The translations under genes and the position numbers were made by a program. The notes under the pieces are model-generated. The model saw only the letters and a list, made by a program, of their open reading frames with translations, was not told the DNA's origin and did not search any database. Below are positions 8,916 to 18,149 of a stretch of DNA of 42,598 nt, in pieces. Each line of letters begins with the position of its first letter. Position 1 is the stretch's first letter. Location: the NCBI GenBank assembly GCA_031366785.1, contig JANLOW010000343.1:1-42598 (forward strand), read 5' to 3'. Source of the stretch: Bacteroidota bacterium. Lineage in GTDB: Bacteria; Bacteroidota; Bacteroidia; AKYH767-A; 2013-40CM-41-45.

Positions 8916-11900
8916 ATGCAAATTAAATTCAAATATTCATTGCTTTTATTTTCCTTAGCTACAGTTGTATTCGCTATTATTTCTTTAAATTCTAAAACAT
9001 TTGCAGGCACAGGTGATACAACCGTAGTTCAAACTCTTCGCTTTGACTCTACTATGCGAGCTGGTGTTTTTTTATTTCCAACAGATACTACTAAAACCTA
9101 TGAGAAGATTACCATGTTTTATGGTATGAGATGCAAAGGCGGTTTAATATCTACTGGCACCGATAGAAATAAAGGATGCGGTGAATGGGATTATAATTGT
9201 TACACTTATGTTGTCGATTCGTCTCAAACAGATTCATTACGGATAATTCAAAATTCTCATTCCATCAGTAACTCAATTGATACTGCTTTTAAATATACAA
9301 GCAGCCCTGTTTGGTCATACCTTAAGTTTATCCAACACGAGGTGATTCATTCTAGTATTCTTTTCGAAGATTCAGTAATTGTTGGTTACGGTATTGATTC
9401 TTTAAATGATCCTTTCAACACAGCTAATACTGTCAGCCGTTCTCAGTACCTCTGGAAAGCTGATGAACTTTCTGCTGCTGGACTTTCATCAGGAAATATT
9501 TACGGTTTAAGACTGAATTTTCTTTCTGTCGGTAGCACTATTGAAAACCTCCGGATAAGAATTAAAAATACAACACAAACAGAAATGAATGAAAATAACC
9601 CGGAGACAAATGGTTTTACGGAAGTTTATTTTTTAAATACTGCCTTGACTTTGACAGGTAAACATAATTTTAATTTTTACAATCCATACAACTGGAATGG
9701 AACCTCTAATATTATTATTGAATTCAGTTTTACTAATAAGGTAAACGGAATAAATAATACTGTTAAAGGATATAGTGACAATTATAATAAAGGTCTTTTA
9801 ACTTCTCAAAATGATTCTTATTTAAACAATAATGGTTCTATCTCCTATATAAATATAAATCCTTCAGTTTTTCCTCTTATAACAGATAAGATAACAATTG
9901 GAGTTTGGGTATACGGAGATTCATTGCGGCTACCTGCTAATACTTCTATTTTGGAAGGGAATGATAGCAATGATCAACGACAAATTAATATTCATCTTCC
10001 CTGGAGTGATTCTAATGTATATTGGGATTGTGGTAATGATGGTACTGGTTATGATCGTATAAGTGTTCCTGCAACAACAGCACAAATAAAAGGCAAATGG
10101 AATTTCTGGGCATTTACAAAAAATGCAAATACTGGAATTATGGAAATCTATTTGAATGGATTATTAGTAACAAGTGGTCAGGGAAAAACAAAGATGATTG
10201 ATATCAAAAAAATGATAGTTGGAATGGGAATTGGAGGAGCTAATCCTTATTTAGGGAATTATGATGAACTCAGTATATGGAATAAAAATTTAAGTCCCGC
10301 AGGTATTCTGCAAATAATGAATAAAGATATTTCTAATTCACATCCTGACTTTAGCAATCTTATAGCTTATTATAAATTAAATGAAGGAATATCTGATACT
10401 GCCCATGATTCATCACCCAATAATAACAATTCATATATTGTTAACCCTACATGGCGCACTCATCGCGGAAATACATTGTTTAGAAATTTCTCACCAACGA
10501 TATTCCGACCCAATATCACATTTGTTAAAGGAGACTATACTACATCTAATCACGATTACTCTATTCTGGATTCAGTAATTATTAATGCCTCTTCAGTAAT
10601 TTCTTATGATTTAGTAAATAATCAATTGATTGCATTAGATACAATTTTTGTTTGGCCCGCTGGATTTTCCTATATTTATAATACATCAGGAGCAAAAATA
10701 GATTCAATTGCTATTTCTTCTCAGGATACAATTTTCATTTCTAAATTAATATATTACCTAAAACGCCCCATGCGTATTGAATTAATTAACTTCATTACTC
10801 CTTATGGAATTAATTTAGATCTGGACAGCCTCAATGGTAAAACATGGGAATTCGATGTCACTGATTATACACCATTACTAAAAGGTGCTCGTTATCTCGC
10901 AATGGAAGACGGTAAATATCAAGAAGAAAATGACATTAAATTTGTTTTTTACGAGGGAATTCCTCCGCGCAATGTAAAATCTGTTTCACAAATATGGCCT
11001 AGTGGGACATGGGTTTCACCCTCTTATAATGACATCAATACAAATAAATATTTTGAGCCAAGAAATATTGTATTATCATCAAATGCTTCACAATTTAAAA
11101 TAAAGTCGGCCATAAGTGGGCATGGCCAACAAGGAGAATTTAATAGACGAGTACATACAATTCGATTAAATAATAACATTAATTTTTCATTCCCTGTTTG
11201 GAAAGGTTGTGCCGATAATCCTATTTATCCACAAGGTGGAACCTGGGTATATGATAGAGCGGGTTGGTGCCCCGGCTCAGCAGTAGATATCAGGGAATTT
11301 GAAATTACAAATCAGGTTAATTCCGGTGATACAATTAATATTGATTACAGTTTACCAATTATCAATAGCCCGGGAAGTTCAAACTACCGAATTAATAATC
11401 AATTGGTAAGTTACGAAGCTCCAAACTTTGTTTTGGATGCGGCTGTTTCCGAAATTAAAACACCTTCTAAACGTCCGGAATTTATTCGCTCAAACCCCAT
11501 TTGTAATTCCCCTGTTGTTATAATTAAAAATACTGGATCAGCATTGCTTACTTCTCTTGATATTACTTATGGAAGAGTAGATGGTATAATGTCAGTATTT
11601 CATTTTGAAGATTCATTAAATTTTTTAGATACGGTATTGGTTTCTTTGCCAGCACCGGATTGGCATAGTTCAAGCACCGATAAATTCATTGTAATAGTAA
11701 GTAATCCAAATGGGAACACCGATCAATACAGTGGAAATGATACTATGTATTCTTCTTTTGATATACCCGCCGTTTATCCTCCGCAGTTAGTATTTGATTT
11801 AAAAACTAATAATGCAGGTTATCAAACTGCATACGTATTAACAAATTCTCAGGGAGATACAATTATCAATAGAAAAGATCTGGGAAATAATATTTATTAT

Positions 11901-12386
11901 AAAGATACTGTTTACCTAAATAATGAATGTTACACGGTCTATCTTTCGGATATAGGTCATAACGGACTAAGTTGGTGGGCAAACACAGGGCAAGGGACAG
12001 GATATTTTAGAATTATTGATCCGGTTAATAGTGTCATTCTTAAAACTTTTAATCCTGATTTTGGTGATTTTATTTACCAGCAATTTTCAATAGATATTTC
12101 ATTACCCGTAATCGAAACGAATGTAAAACCAATTACGAATGTTTCAATTTACCCAAATCCAAGTATTGATATTTTTACAGCTGAACTTTCTTTACCACTT
12201 AGAACTAAAGCAAAATTAATGTTGATGAATGTAATGGGTGAGCTTTTATTGTCTGAAACATTTATTGTCACCCAGCCTATTGAAAAAATCAGCATGGATA
12301 TAAGTTCAATACAAGGTGGTATTTATTTCGTAGTGGTGGAAGCCGGCAATCAACGCAAAACACTGAAACTTGCTATTGTGAAATGA
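8916..12386 (+). CDS. Peptide-N-glycosidase F-related protein with LamG domain and T9SS sorting domain
   Basis: CGEWDY, IELINFITPYG, FDVTDY.PLL.G, SGHG..EF and PQGGTW.YDRAGWCPG PNGase F-family motifs; LamG-like W....T......IYLNG...G..DELSIWN..LS; C-terminal IYPNP...GIYFV...KLAIVK. Confidence 0.85.
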   Translation: MQIKFKYSLLLFSLATVVFAIISLNSKTFAGTGDTTVVQTLRFDSTMRAGVFLFPTDTTKTYEKITMFYGMRCKGGLISTGTDRNKGCGEWDYNCYTYVVDSSQTDSLRIIQNSHSISNSIDTAFKYTSSPVWSYLKFIQHEVIHSSILFEDSVIVGYGIDSLNDPFNTANTVSRSQYLWKADELSAAGLSSGNIYGLRLNFLSVGSTIENLRIRIKNTTQTEMNENNPETNGFTEVYFLNTALTLTGKHNFNFYNPYNWNGTSNIIIEFSFTNKVNGINNTVKGYSDNYNKGLLTSQNDSYLNNNGSISYININPSVFPLITDKITIGVWVYGDSLRLPANTSILEGNDSNDQRQINIHLPWSDSNVYWDCGNDGTGYDRISVPATTAQIKGKWNFWAFTKNANTGIMEIYLNGLLVTSGQGKTKMIDIKKMIVGMGIGGANPYLGNYDELSIWNKNLSPAGILQIMNKDISNSHPDFSNLIAYYKLNEGISDTAHDSSPNNNNSYIVNPTWRTHRGNTLFRNFSPTIFRPNITFVKGDYTTSNHDYSILDSVIINASSVISYDLVNNQLIALDTIFVWPAGFSYIYNTSGAKIDSIAISSQDTIFISKLIYYLKRPMRIELINFITPYGINLDLDSLNGKTWEFDVTDYTPLLKGARYLAMEDGKYQEENDIKFVFYEGIPPRNVKSVSQIWPSGTWVSPSYNDINTNKYFEPRNIVLSSNASQFKIKSAISGHGQQGEFNRRVHTIRLNNNINFSFPVWKGCADNPIYPQGGTWVYDRAGWCPGSAVDIREFEITNQVNSGDTINIDYSLPIINSPGSSNYRINNQLVSYEAPNFVLDAAVSEIKTPSKRPEFIRSNPICNSPVVIIKNTGSALLTSLDITYGRVDGIMSVFHFEDSLNFLDTVLVSLPAPDWHSSSTDKFIVIVSNPNGNTDQYSGNDTMYSSFDIPAVYPPQLVFDLKTNNAGYQTAYVLTNSQGDTIINRKDLGNNIYYKDTVYLNNECYTVYLSDIGHNGLSWWANTGQGTGYFRIIDPVNSVILKTFNPDFGDFIYQQFSIDISLPVIETNVKPITNVSIYPNPSIDIFTAELSLPLRTKAKLMLMNVMGELLLSETFIVTQPIEKISMDISSIQGGIYFVVVEAGNQRKTLKLAIVK

Positions 12387-12434
12387 AATAGTACCATTGG
12401 AATTTAAGCAATTATTTTTCACTACATTATCCAA

Positions 12435-13514
12435 ATGAGCAATGATCGCAATGCAAACGACCTTCTTAAAGGCCGCGGTTCGCAAATAAATACTAAAAAT
12501 AAATTCCAGCAACATGAACTTGTAACCCAACACTTCGAAGGACTCGATGAAGAGTTGCAATTGAATCACTCTACTGAATATTTAATTGAACATCCGAAAA
12601 AAATAATCAATAAAGTAACCAGTCCAGATATTCCAGGTGATTATTCAATGAATCCTTATCAGGGTTGTGAACATGGTTGTATCTATTGCTATGCAAGAAA
12701 CACTCATCCCTATTGGGGTCTCAGCGCCGGCCTCGATTTTGAATCAAAAATTTTAGTTAAGCCTGATGCGCCTAAATTACTGGAAGCTGAGTTCAGAAAA
12801 AAATCCTGGAAGCCTTCACCGATTATGCTTTCCGGCAATACCGATTGTTATCAACCTGCCGAAAGAAAGTGGAAAATAACACGCAGCATACTGGAAGTCG
12901 CTCTGAAGTTTAGAAATCCTGTTGGAATTATCAGCAAGAATCAACTCATACTTCGCGACCTGGATATATTAAAACAAATGGCTGAATTAAATCTGGTTCA
13001 TGTCATGATTAGCATAACATCTCTGGATGAAAACCTTAGACTTTCCATGGAACCGCGCACTGCAACTGCTCTCAACAGACTAAAGGTTATAGAAACATTA
13101 AATTCAAATGGTATACCAACCGGGGTTATGGTTGCACCTATAATTCCCGGACTAAACAGTCATGAAATTCCTGCCATCATCGAGGCTAGTTCAAATGCAG
13201 GAGCAAGAGGTGCCGGCATGACTATCGTTCGGCTTAACGATGCAGTGGCTACTATTTTCATTGATTGGATTCAAAAAGCATTTCCCGATCGTGCAGAAAA
13301 GGTTTTGAAACTCATAGCCGCTTGTCATGGTGGTCAATTAAGCGATAGCCATTTCGGTACTCGAATGAAAGGACTAGGTAATGAAGCAGAAATGTTAAAT
13401 AAACTTTTTAAAAATTCGGTGAAGCGATTTCTCTCTGATCGTTCTTTTCCGGATTATGATCTTTCCGCTTTTCGCCGGCCTCCTGAAAATGGGCAATTGG
13501 ATATTTTTGAATAA
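12435..13514 (+). CDS. PA0069-family radical SAM protein (spore photoproduct lyase-like)
   Basis: NPYQGCEHGCIYCYAR (CxxxCxxC), SGNTDCYQP.E and APIIPGLN; N-terminal KGRG and C-terminal GQL..F. Confidence 0.92.
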   Translation: MSNDRNANDLLKGRGSQINTKNKFQQHELVTQHFEGLDEELQLNHSTEYLIEHPKKIINKVTSPDIPGDYSMNPYQGCEHGCIYCYARNTHPYWGLSAGLDFESKILVKPDAPKLLEAEFRKKSWKPSPIMLSGNTDCYQPAERKWKITRSILEVALKFRNPVGIISKNQLILRDLDILKQMAELNLVHVMISITSLDENLRLSMEPRTATALNRLKVIETLNSNGIPTGVMVAPIIPGLNSHEIPAIIEASSNAGARGAGMTIVRLNDAVATIFIDWIQKAFPDRAEKVLKLIAACHGGQLSDSHFGTRMKGLGNEAEMLNKLFKNSVKRFLSDRSFPDYDLSAFRRPPENGQLDIFE

Positions 13515-13545
13515 CTTTTAATTAATGAATTGTTTGGTTGATAGA

Positions 13546-13583
13546 ACACGGATCAAACGGATTTTACAGGTTTACACGGATTT
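13546..13583. repeat. Degenerate ~9-bp tandem repeat (ACACGGATT-type)
   Basis: ACGGA cores at 13548, 13557 and 13576 with ACAGG at 13566 (spacing 9, 9, 10), between convergent genes. Confidence 0.55.
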
Positions 13584-13594
13584 TATTTTTATTT

Positions 13595-14701
13595 TCAGTG
13601 TTCTGTTTTTTCCGGAAGTTGATTAGTCAGATAAGCGGGAGTGTTTTTTAATTCTTCCTTAATCTTAACCTGCCAGAATAATTGTTTGTCAGATATTATT
13701 CCATGACCTGTTTCATCATCATAGCTTTGTTGCTGATCTAGATATTCTTTCCAAACTTCACTAAATAAAAAATTGATTTGAAGATCAAATTCCATTGGAT
13801 TGAGGTTTAAATCTAAAATTCTCTTTCTGAGATGACGAATGTTTAATTCGCAAATATCAAAATGCAATTGTTCATGTGCCAGTAACGTATCTTTTTGATG
13901 TCCGGCAATTACCCATGAATGATTGCTATCAAAAGAAGCATTTAGAAGAATAAATAATTCCAGGTCACTATTTTTCATTTTCGGTTCGGCACGGTATGAA
14001 AAAATGCAATTACTCTGGGCCATAAAAGAAGACAATGTAGAACTGCCTTTGAAATCTGACCATTTGAGTTTATAACTTTCATTCCAGATAATTGTATCTC
14101 TTTTTATGTTTTTTCTTTCATCATTTTCATTAACAAAAACTACACGAACATTTTTTGCAAGTAATGGAAAGTCTGTATTTGTATTTATCCAATTTTGAAA
14201 ACCGATAATTACATTTTTTAAAGATGAATAGATTATTTTTTCAGATGCGTTTGCATAATTACCTTGAATATTCATTTCAGGTTTACCATTAGATTCGTAA
14301 ATCAAATATCGTTTATTGTTTATATAACGATAAAATTTTATTGAAAAATCTAATATAAGTTTGTGGTTACTGGCAGATCCTGTTTCTTTTAAAACAAAAC
14401 GATCAAGAGATAATATTATAGAAGTAGCATTTGTGTCCTTTTCAAAAGAAGCATCAATTAGGTTTTTCAAATCATTTTCTGCCGAATTTTTAAATTCCGC
14501 TACAATCAATTTATTACCTGAAAGAACTTTCCCAATATTGCTTTTATCACTTCTTTCATCAAGTACATCTGAAATATAAAAAGAGGCCTTATATAAATTC
14601 CACTTCTCAGATTTTAAGTCAAGCACATATTTATTTTGTCCATTGGCTGAAAAGTTGAAAAAAACAAGAAGAATGACGAATAAATTATTAAGAAAATTCA
14701 T
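13595..14701 (-). CDS. Secreted protein with C-terminal DUF922-like putative Zn protease domain
   Basis: Signal peptide; W.....LKWSDFKG, SW, LLAHEQLHFDICE (HExxH) and Q..YD.ET.HG....Q..W. Confidence 0.78.
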   Translation of the reverse strand: MNFLNNLFVILLVFFNFSANGQNKYVLDLKSEKWNLYKASFYISDVLDERSDKSNIGKVLSGNKLIVAEFKNSAENDLKNLIDASFEKDTNATSIILSLDRFVLKETGSASNHKLILDFSIKFYRYINNKRYLIYESNGKPEMNIQGNYANASEKIIYSSLKNVIIGFQNWINTNTDFPLLAKNVRVVFVNENDERKNIKRDTIIWNESYKLKWSDFKGSSTLSSFMAQSNCIFSYRAEPKMKNSDLELFILLNASFDSNHSWVIAGHQKDTLLAHEQLHFDICELNIRHLRKRILDLNLNPMEFDLQINFLFSEVWKEYLDQQQSYDDETGHGIISDKQLFWQVKIKEELKNTPAYLTNQLPEKTEH

Positions 14702-14761
14702 AAACGGTTATGGAGGATTAGCGCGGTTTTATTTGTAATTTTACAAAATTCATTTATTAAT

Positions 14762-16105
14762 ATGCAAATTATTTTTTTGATAGCAGGTTTAGTAGCCGGT
14801 GCAGCAACTGCCTTACTTTTTATGATATACCGTTCATCTTCCTTCAAAAAGGAAGCTGAAATTAAGTATAATGACACTGATCGTGAACGAAGTATTTTAA
14901 ACGATCGTCTTCAACAAACATTGCTGCAATTAAAATCGACGGATGATCTCTTGAATTCCGAAAGAAAAATGTCAGGCGGACTAAATGCTTCCCTTGCAGA
15001 ACAAAGAATTGTTTCTGATAATTTAAGGGAAAAATTAGATACTCAGAAAAAGGAAATGGAAGAGATTCATCAACGGTTTACTTCAGAATTTGAAAATCTT
15101 TCATCGAAAATTCTGGATGAGAAAAGTAAAAAATTTACGGAACAAAATCGGACAAATCTTGATGTCATCCTTACGCCTCTGAGAGATAAAATTAAAGAAT
15201 TTGAACAAAAAGTAGAGCAATCATATAAAATTGAATCAGCTGAAAGGAATTCTCTCAAAGGTGAAATTAAAAGTCTGATTGAATTAAATAAACAGATTAG
15301 CGAAGAAGCAAATAATTTAGCGCGTGCATTAAAAGGAGATATAAAGAAACAAGGGAATTGGGGAGAAGTTATTCTTGAACGTATTCTTGAACGCTCCGGC
15401 CTGACGAAGGGCTCCGAATATGAAATGCAATTCAGTACAAGCAATGAAGAGGGACAAAGAATTCAACCCGATGTGGTTCTGCATCTTCCGGATAATAAAC
15501 ATATCATTATCGATGCTAAAGTTAGTCTTGTTGCATATGACGCATTGGTAAATGCCACAACTGAAGAAGATCGTGAAAGATTTCTAAGGGATCATATTCT
15601 TTCAGTTCGTTCACATATTCGTTTACTTGGCGAGAAAAATTATTTTTCATCACAAGAATTAAACACTCCTGATTTTGTTCTTATTTTTATGCCTATTGAA
15701 CCGTCATTCGGCATTGCCATCCAGGCTGATGCTGAATTATTTAATTATGCCTGGGACAGAAAAATAGTTCTAGTCAGTCCTTCAACTTTATTGGCAACAC
15801 TTAAAACAGTCAGCGCTATTTGGAAGCAAGAGAAACAAACAAGAAATGCACTTGATATTGCCAGAGTTGGCGGTGCATTATATGATAAATTTTATAATTT
15901 TCTTAAAGACATGAATAGCATTGGCGATAAAATTAAATCAGCACAGCTTTCGCACGATGAAGCAATGAATAAATTAACTACAGGAAATGGAAATATTATT
16001 AGGAAAGTTGAAGAGCTTAAAAAACTTGGAGCTAAAACTACTAAGGATATTCCTCAGGACCTTTTAGAAAAAGCTGAAGAAAGTGATGCGGATGCAAATT
16101 ACTAA
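14762..16105 (+). CDS. rmuC: DNA recombination protein RmuC
   Basis: N-terminal TM, long coiled coil, QGNWGEVILERILE.SGL, PDVV.HLP...IIIDAK, PDFVLIFMPIE and VSPSTLLA.L. Confidence 0.95.
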   Translation: MQIIFLIAGLVAGAATALLFMIYRSSSFKKEAEIKYNDTDRERSILNDRLQQTLLQLKSTDDLLNSERKMSGGLNASLAEQRIVSDNLREKLDTQKKEMEEIHQRFTSEFENLSSKILDEKSKKFTEQNRTNLDVILTPLRDKIKEFEQKVEQSYKIESAERNSLKGEIKSLIELNKQISEEANNLARALKGDIKKQGNWGEVILERILERSGLTKGSEYEMQFSTSNEEGQRIQPDVVLHLPDNKHIIIDAKVSLVAYDALVNATTEEDRERFLRDHILSVRSHIRLLGEKNYFSSQELNTPDFVLIFMPIEPSFGIAIQADAELFNYAWDRKIVLVSPSTLLATLKTVSAIWKQEKQTRNALDIARVGGALYDKFYNFLKDMNSIGDKIKSAQLSHDEAMNKLTTGNGNIIRKVEELKKLGAKTTKDIPQDLLEKAEESDADANY

Positions 16106-17351
16106 AAGGATACCATATTTTCTTTTAATATTCATAGTAGCTTGCCTGCCGATGCGTGATATGAGCACAATGAATATGGCTTCTGGTTACCGAAATGCCG
16201 ATCAAAAATATCATCCTGAATTTGTTGCTTTCAATGAAAGTGATTCGACAGTTCAGCTTTTCTTGAAAGTATTACCCGGCGAATTTCTTTTTACCAGACA
16301 AAGCGATGATCAGTATCGCGCAGCGATTAATGTTCATACGGAGATAATCGGTTCTTATGAAATAGCCAAAATAATCGACAGCACAACAGCTGAATTTTCA
16401 TTTGAACTTAATGAAAAATCAGATTCAAAGATATTGTCAATGTTAATCCCGCTTAAAATAAAAGGTACATTTCTAATCCATTGTTTTATTTCGGATAAGA
16501 ACAAAGGAACTTACGATGATTATTTTATTTCTTTGGATAGAATTTCAAAACCATCACGACAGGATTTTCTTGTTACGAATTTTAAAAATTCACCATTGTT
16601 CAGAAACTATTTGTATTCTTTTGATACAGTAAATATTTTTTATAAGGATAAGTTTTTAAACAACCTTTGGTGTAAATATTATAACAGGGATTTCCCTCTT
16701 GCTGCTCCTCCTTTTAGTTTTGATATTCACAATGATTTCAATTATAATCCTGATAGTGTTTTTAATTTAAATAACGAACAAAATAAAGGATTCGTTTTTG
16801 AAAAGGAAGGATTTTATCATTTTCAAACTGATACAATCGGAAAAAGCGGACTAACACTTTTTCGTTTTTATAATGGTTTCCCTGACATTACTTCTCCTAA
16901 ATATATGATCGAAGCTTTACGATATCTAACAAATAAAAAGGAATTTGAAGAAATGAGAAGCAGTTCCACACCCAAATCGATGGTAGATAATTTTTGGTTA
17001 ACCCACGGAGGCAACGAAGAAAAAACCAGAAACCTGATTAAGAAATATTATGGAAGAGTAAGAGAAGCAAATAAATATTTTTCTTCTTTTACAGAGGGCT
17101 GGAGATCTGACAGGGGGATGATTTATATTATTTTCGGCAGCCCCGGAACTGTATACAAGAGTGCTGAATCAGAAAGTTGGATTTATGGAACACCCAATAG
17201 TCCCTTGGCATTAAATTTTTTCTTTGTTAAAGTGAATAACCCATTTACTGAGAATGATTATTTATTGTCGCGATCTCCAACCTATGAAAGTAACTGGTAC
17301 CGGGCTGTTGAAATATGGAGGCAGGGACGGGCATACAATAATTTTAACTAA
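16092..17351 (+). CDS. GWxTD domain-containing protein, probable lipoprotein
   Basis: FW...YY.RV..AN.YF....EGWRSDRGMIYIIFG.P; lipobox-like IVAC at residue 18 from ATG 16092. Alternative starts 16083 and 16086. Overlaps the rmuC end. Confidence 0.87.
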   Translation: MQITKRIPYFLLIFIVACLPMRDMSTMNMASGYRNADQKYHPEFVAFNESDSTVQLFLKVLPGEFLFTRQSDDQYRAAINVHTEIIGSYEIAKIIDSTTAEFSFELNEKSDSKILSMLIPLKIKGTFLIHCFISDKNKGTYDDYFISLDRISKPSRQDFLVTNFKNSPLFRNYLYSFDTVNIFYKDKFLNNLWCKYYNRDFPLAAPPFSFDIHNDFNYNPDSVFNLNNEQNKGFVFEKEGFYHFQTDTIGKSGLTLFRFYNGFPDITSPKYMIEALRYLTNKKEFEEMRSSSTPKSMVDNFWLTHGGNEEKTRNLIKKYYGRVREANKYFSSFTEGWRSDRGMIYIIFGSPGTVYKSAESESWIYGTPNSPLALNFFFVKVNNPFTENDYLLSRSPTYESNWYRAVEIWRQGRAYNNFN

Positions 17352-17369
17352 AGTATAAACTAAGAATTG

Positions 17370-18149
17370 ATGAATAATTACAGAAGTGAAAGAGAAAGAA
17401 GCTCATCAGATGATTCTCAACTTGTTTATGGAATACGTCCGGTCATGGAAGCCATTCATGCTGGGAAAGAAATAGACCGTATTTTTATAACACGTAATTC
17501 CAACGGTGAATTGATGAATGAATTAAAGAAACTTTTAACCGATCGGGAAATTCCCTGGCAAGAAGTTCCTATAGAAAAGATACATCGAATTACAAGGAAT
17601 AATCATCAGGATGTTGTATGTTATATATCTCCTGTAAGTTATTCATCCATTGAAAATATAATTCCCGGTATTTTTGAAAGAGGTGAAACGCCGCTCATAT
17701 TAATTCTTGATCGTATTACCGATGTCCGAAATTTCGGAGCGATTGCCCGGACAGCAGAATGTGCCGGTGTTCATGCTATTGTAATTCCGTTTCGTGGAGC
17801 TGCACAGGTAACGGCAGATGCAATTAAAACATCAGCAGGTGCTCTCAATAGTATTCCTGTTTGCAGAGAAAATAATTTTCGGGATACTTTTGCATTTTTA
17901 AGACAGAGCGGATTGCATATTATTGCCGCAACAGAAAAAGGAATACAAAATTATTATAATGTAGATTTTACCGGACCATTGGCAATTATAATGGGTTCTG
18001 AAGAAAATGGTGTTTCCGATGATATTTTAAAAGTAGCGGATGAGCTCGTAAAAATTCCTTTGCTTGGCGCAATATCTTCTTTGAATGTATCAGTTGCATC
18101 TGGTATTTTGCTTTATGAAGCGATAAGGCAACGGAATATTCCACATTGA
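17370..18149 (+). CDS. rlmB: 23S rRNA (guanosine-2251-2'-O)-methyltransferase
   Basis: YGIRPVMEA, NHQ, LDRITDVRNFGAIARTA, IMGSEENG and SLNVSVA (SpoU family). ATG at 17370 preferred over TTG at 17367. Confidence 0.95.
   Translation: MNNYRSERERSSSDDSQLVYGIRPVMEAIHAGKEIDRIFITRNSNGELMNELKKLLTDREIPWQEVPIEKIHRITRNNHQDVVCYISPVSYSSIENIIPGIFERGETPLILILDRITDVRNFGAIARTAECAGVHAIVIPFRGAAQVTADAIKTSAGALNSIPVCRENNFRDTFAFLRQSGLHIIAATEKGIQNYYNVDFTGPLAIIMGSEENGVSDDILKVADELVKIPLLGAISSLNVSVASGILLYEAIRQRNIPH

Noticed and set aside
12435-16105. tag, radical SAM and rmuC as a DNA repair or anti-phage island
   Set aside because: They are dispersed common housekeeping genes in different transcription units, with no defence or mobility genes around them.
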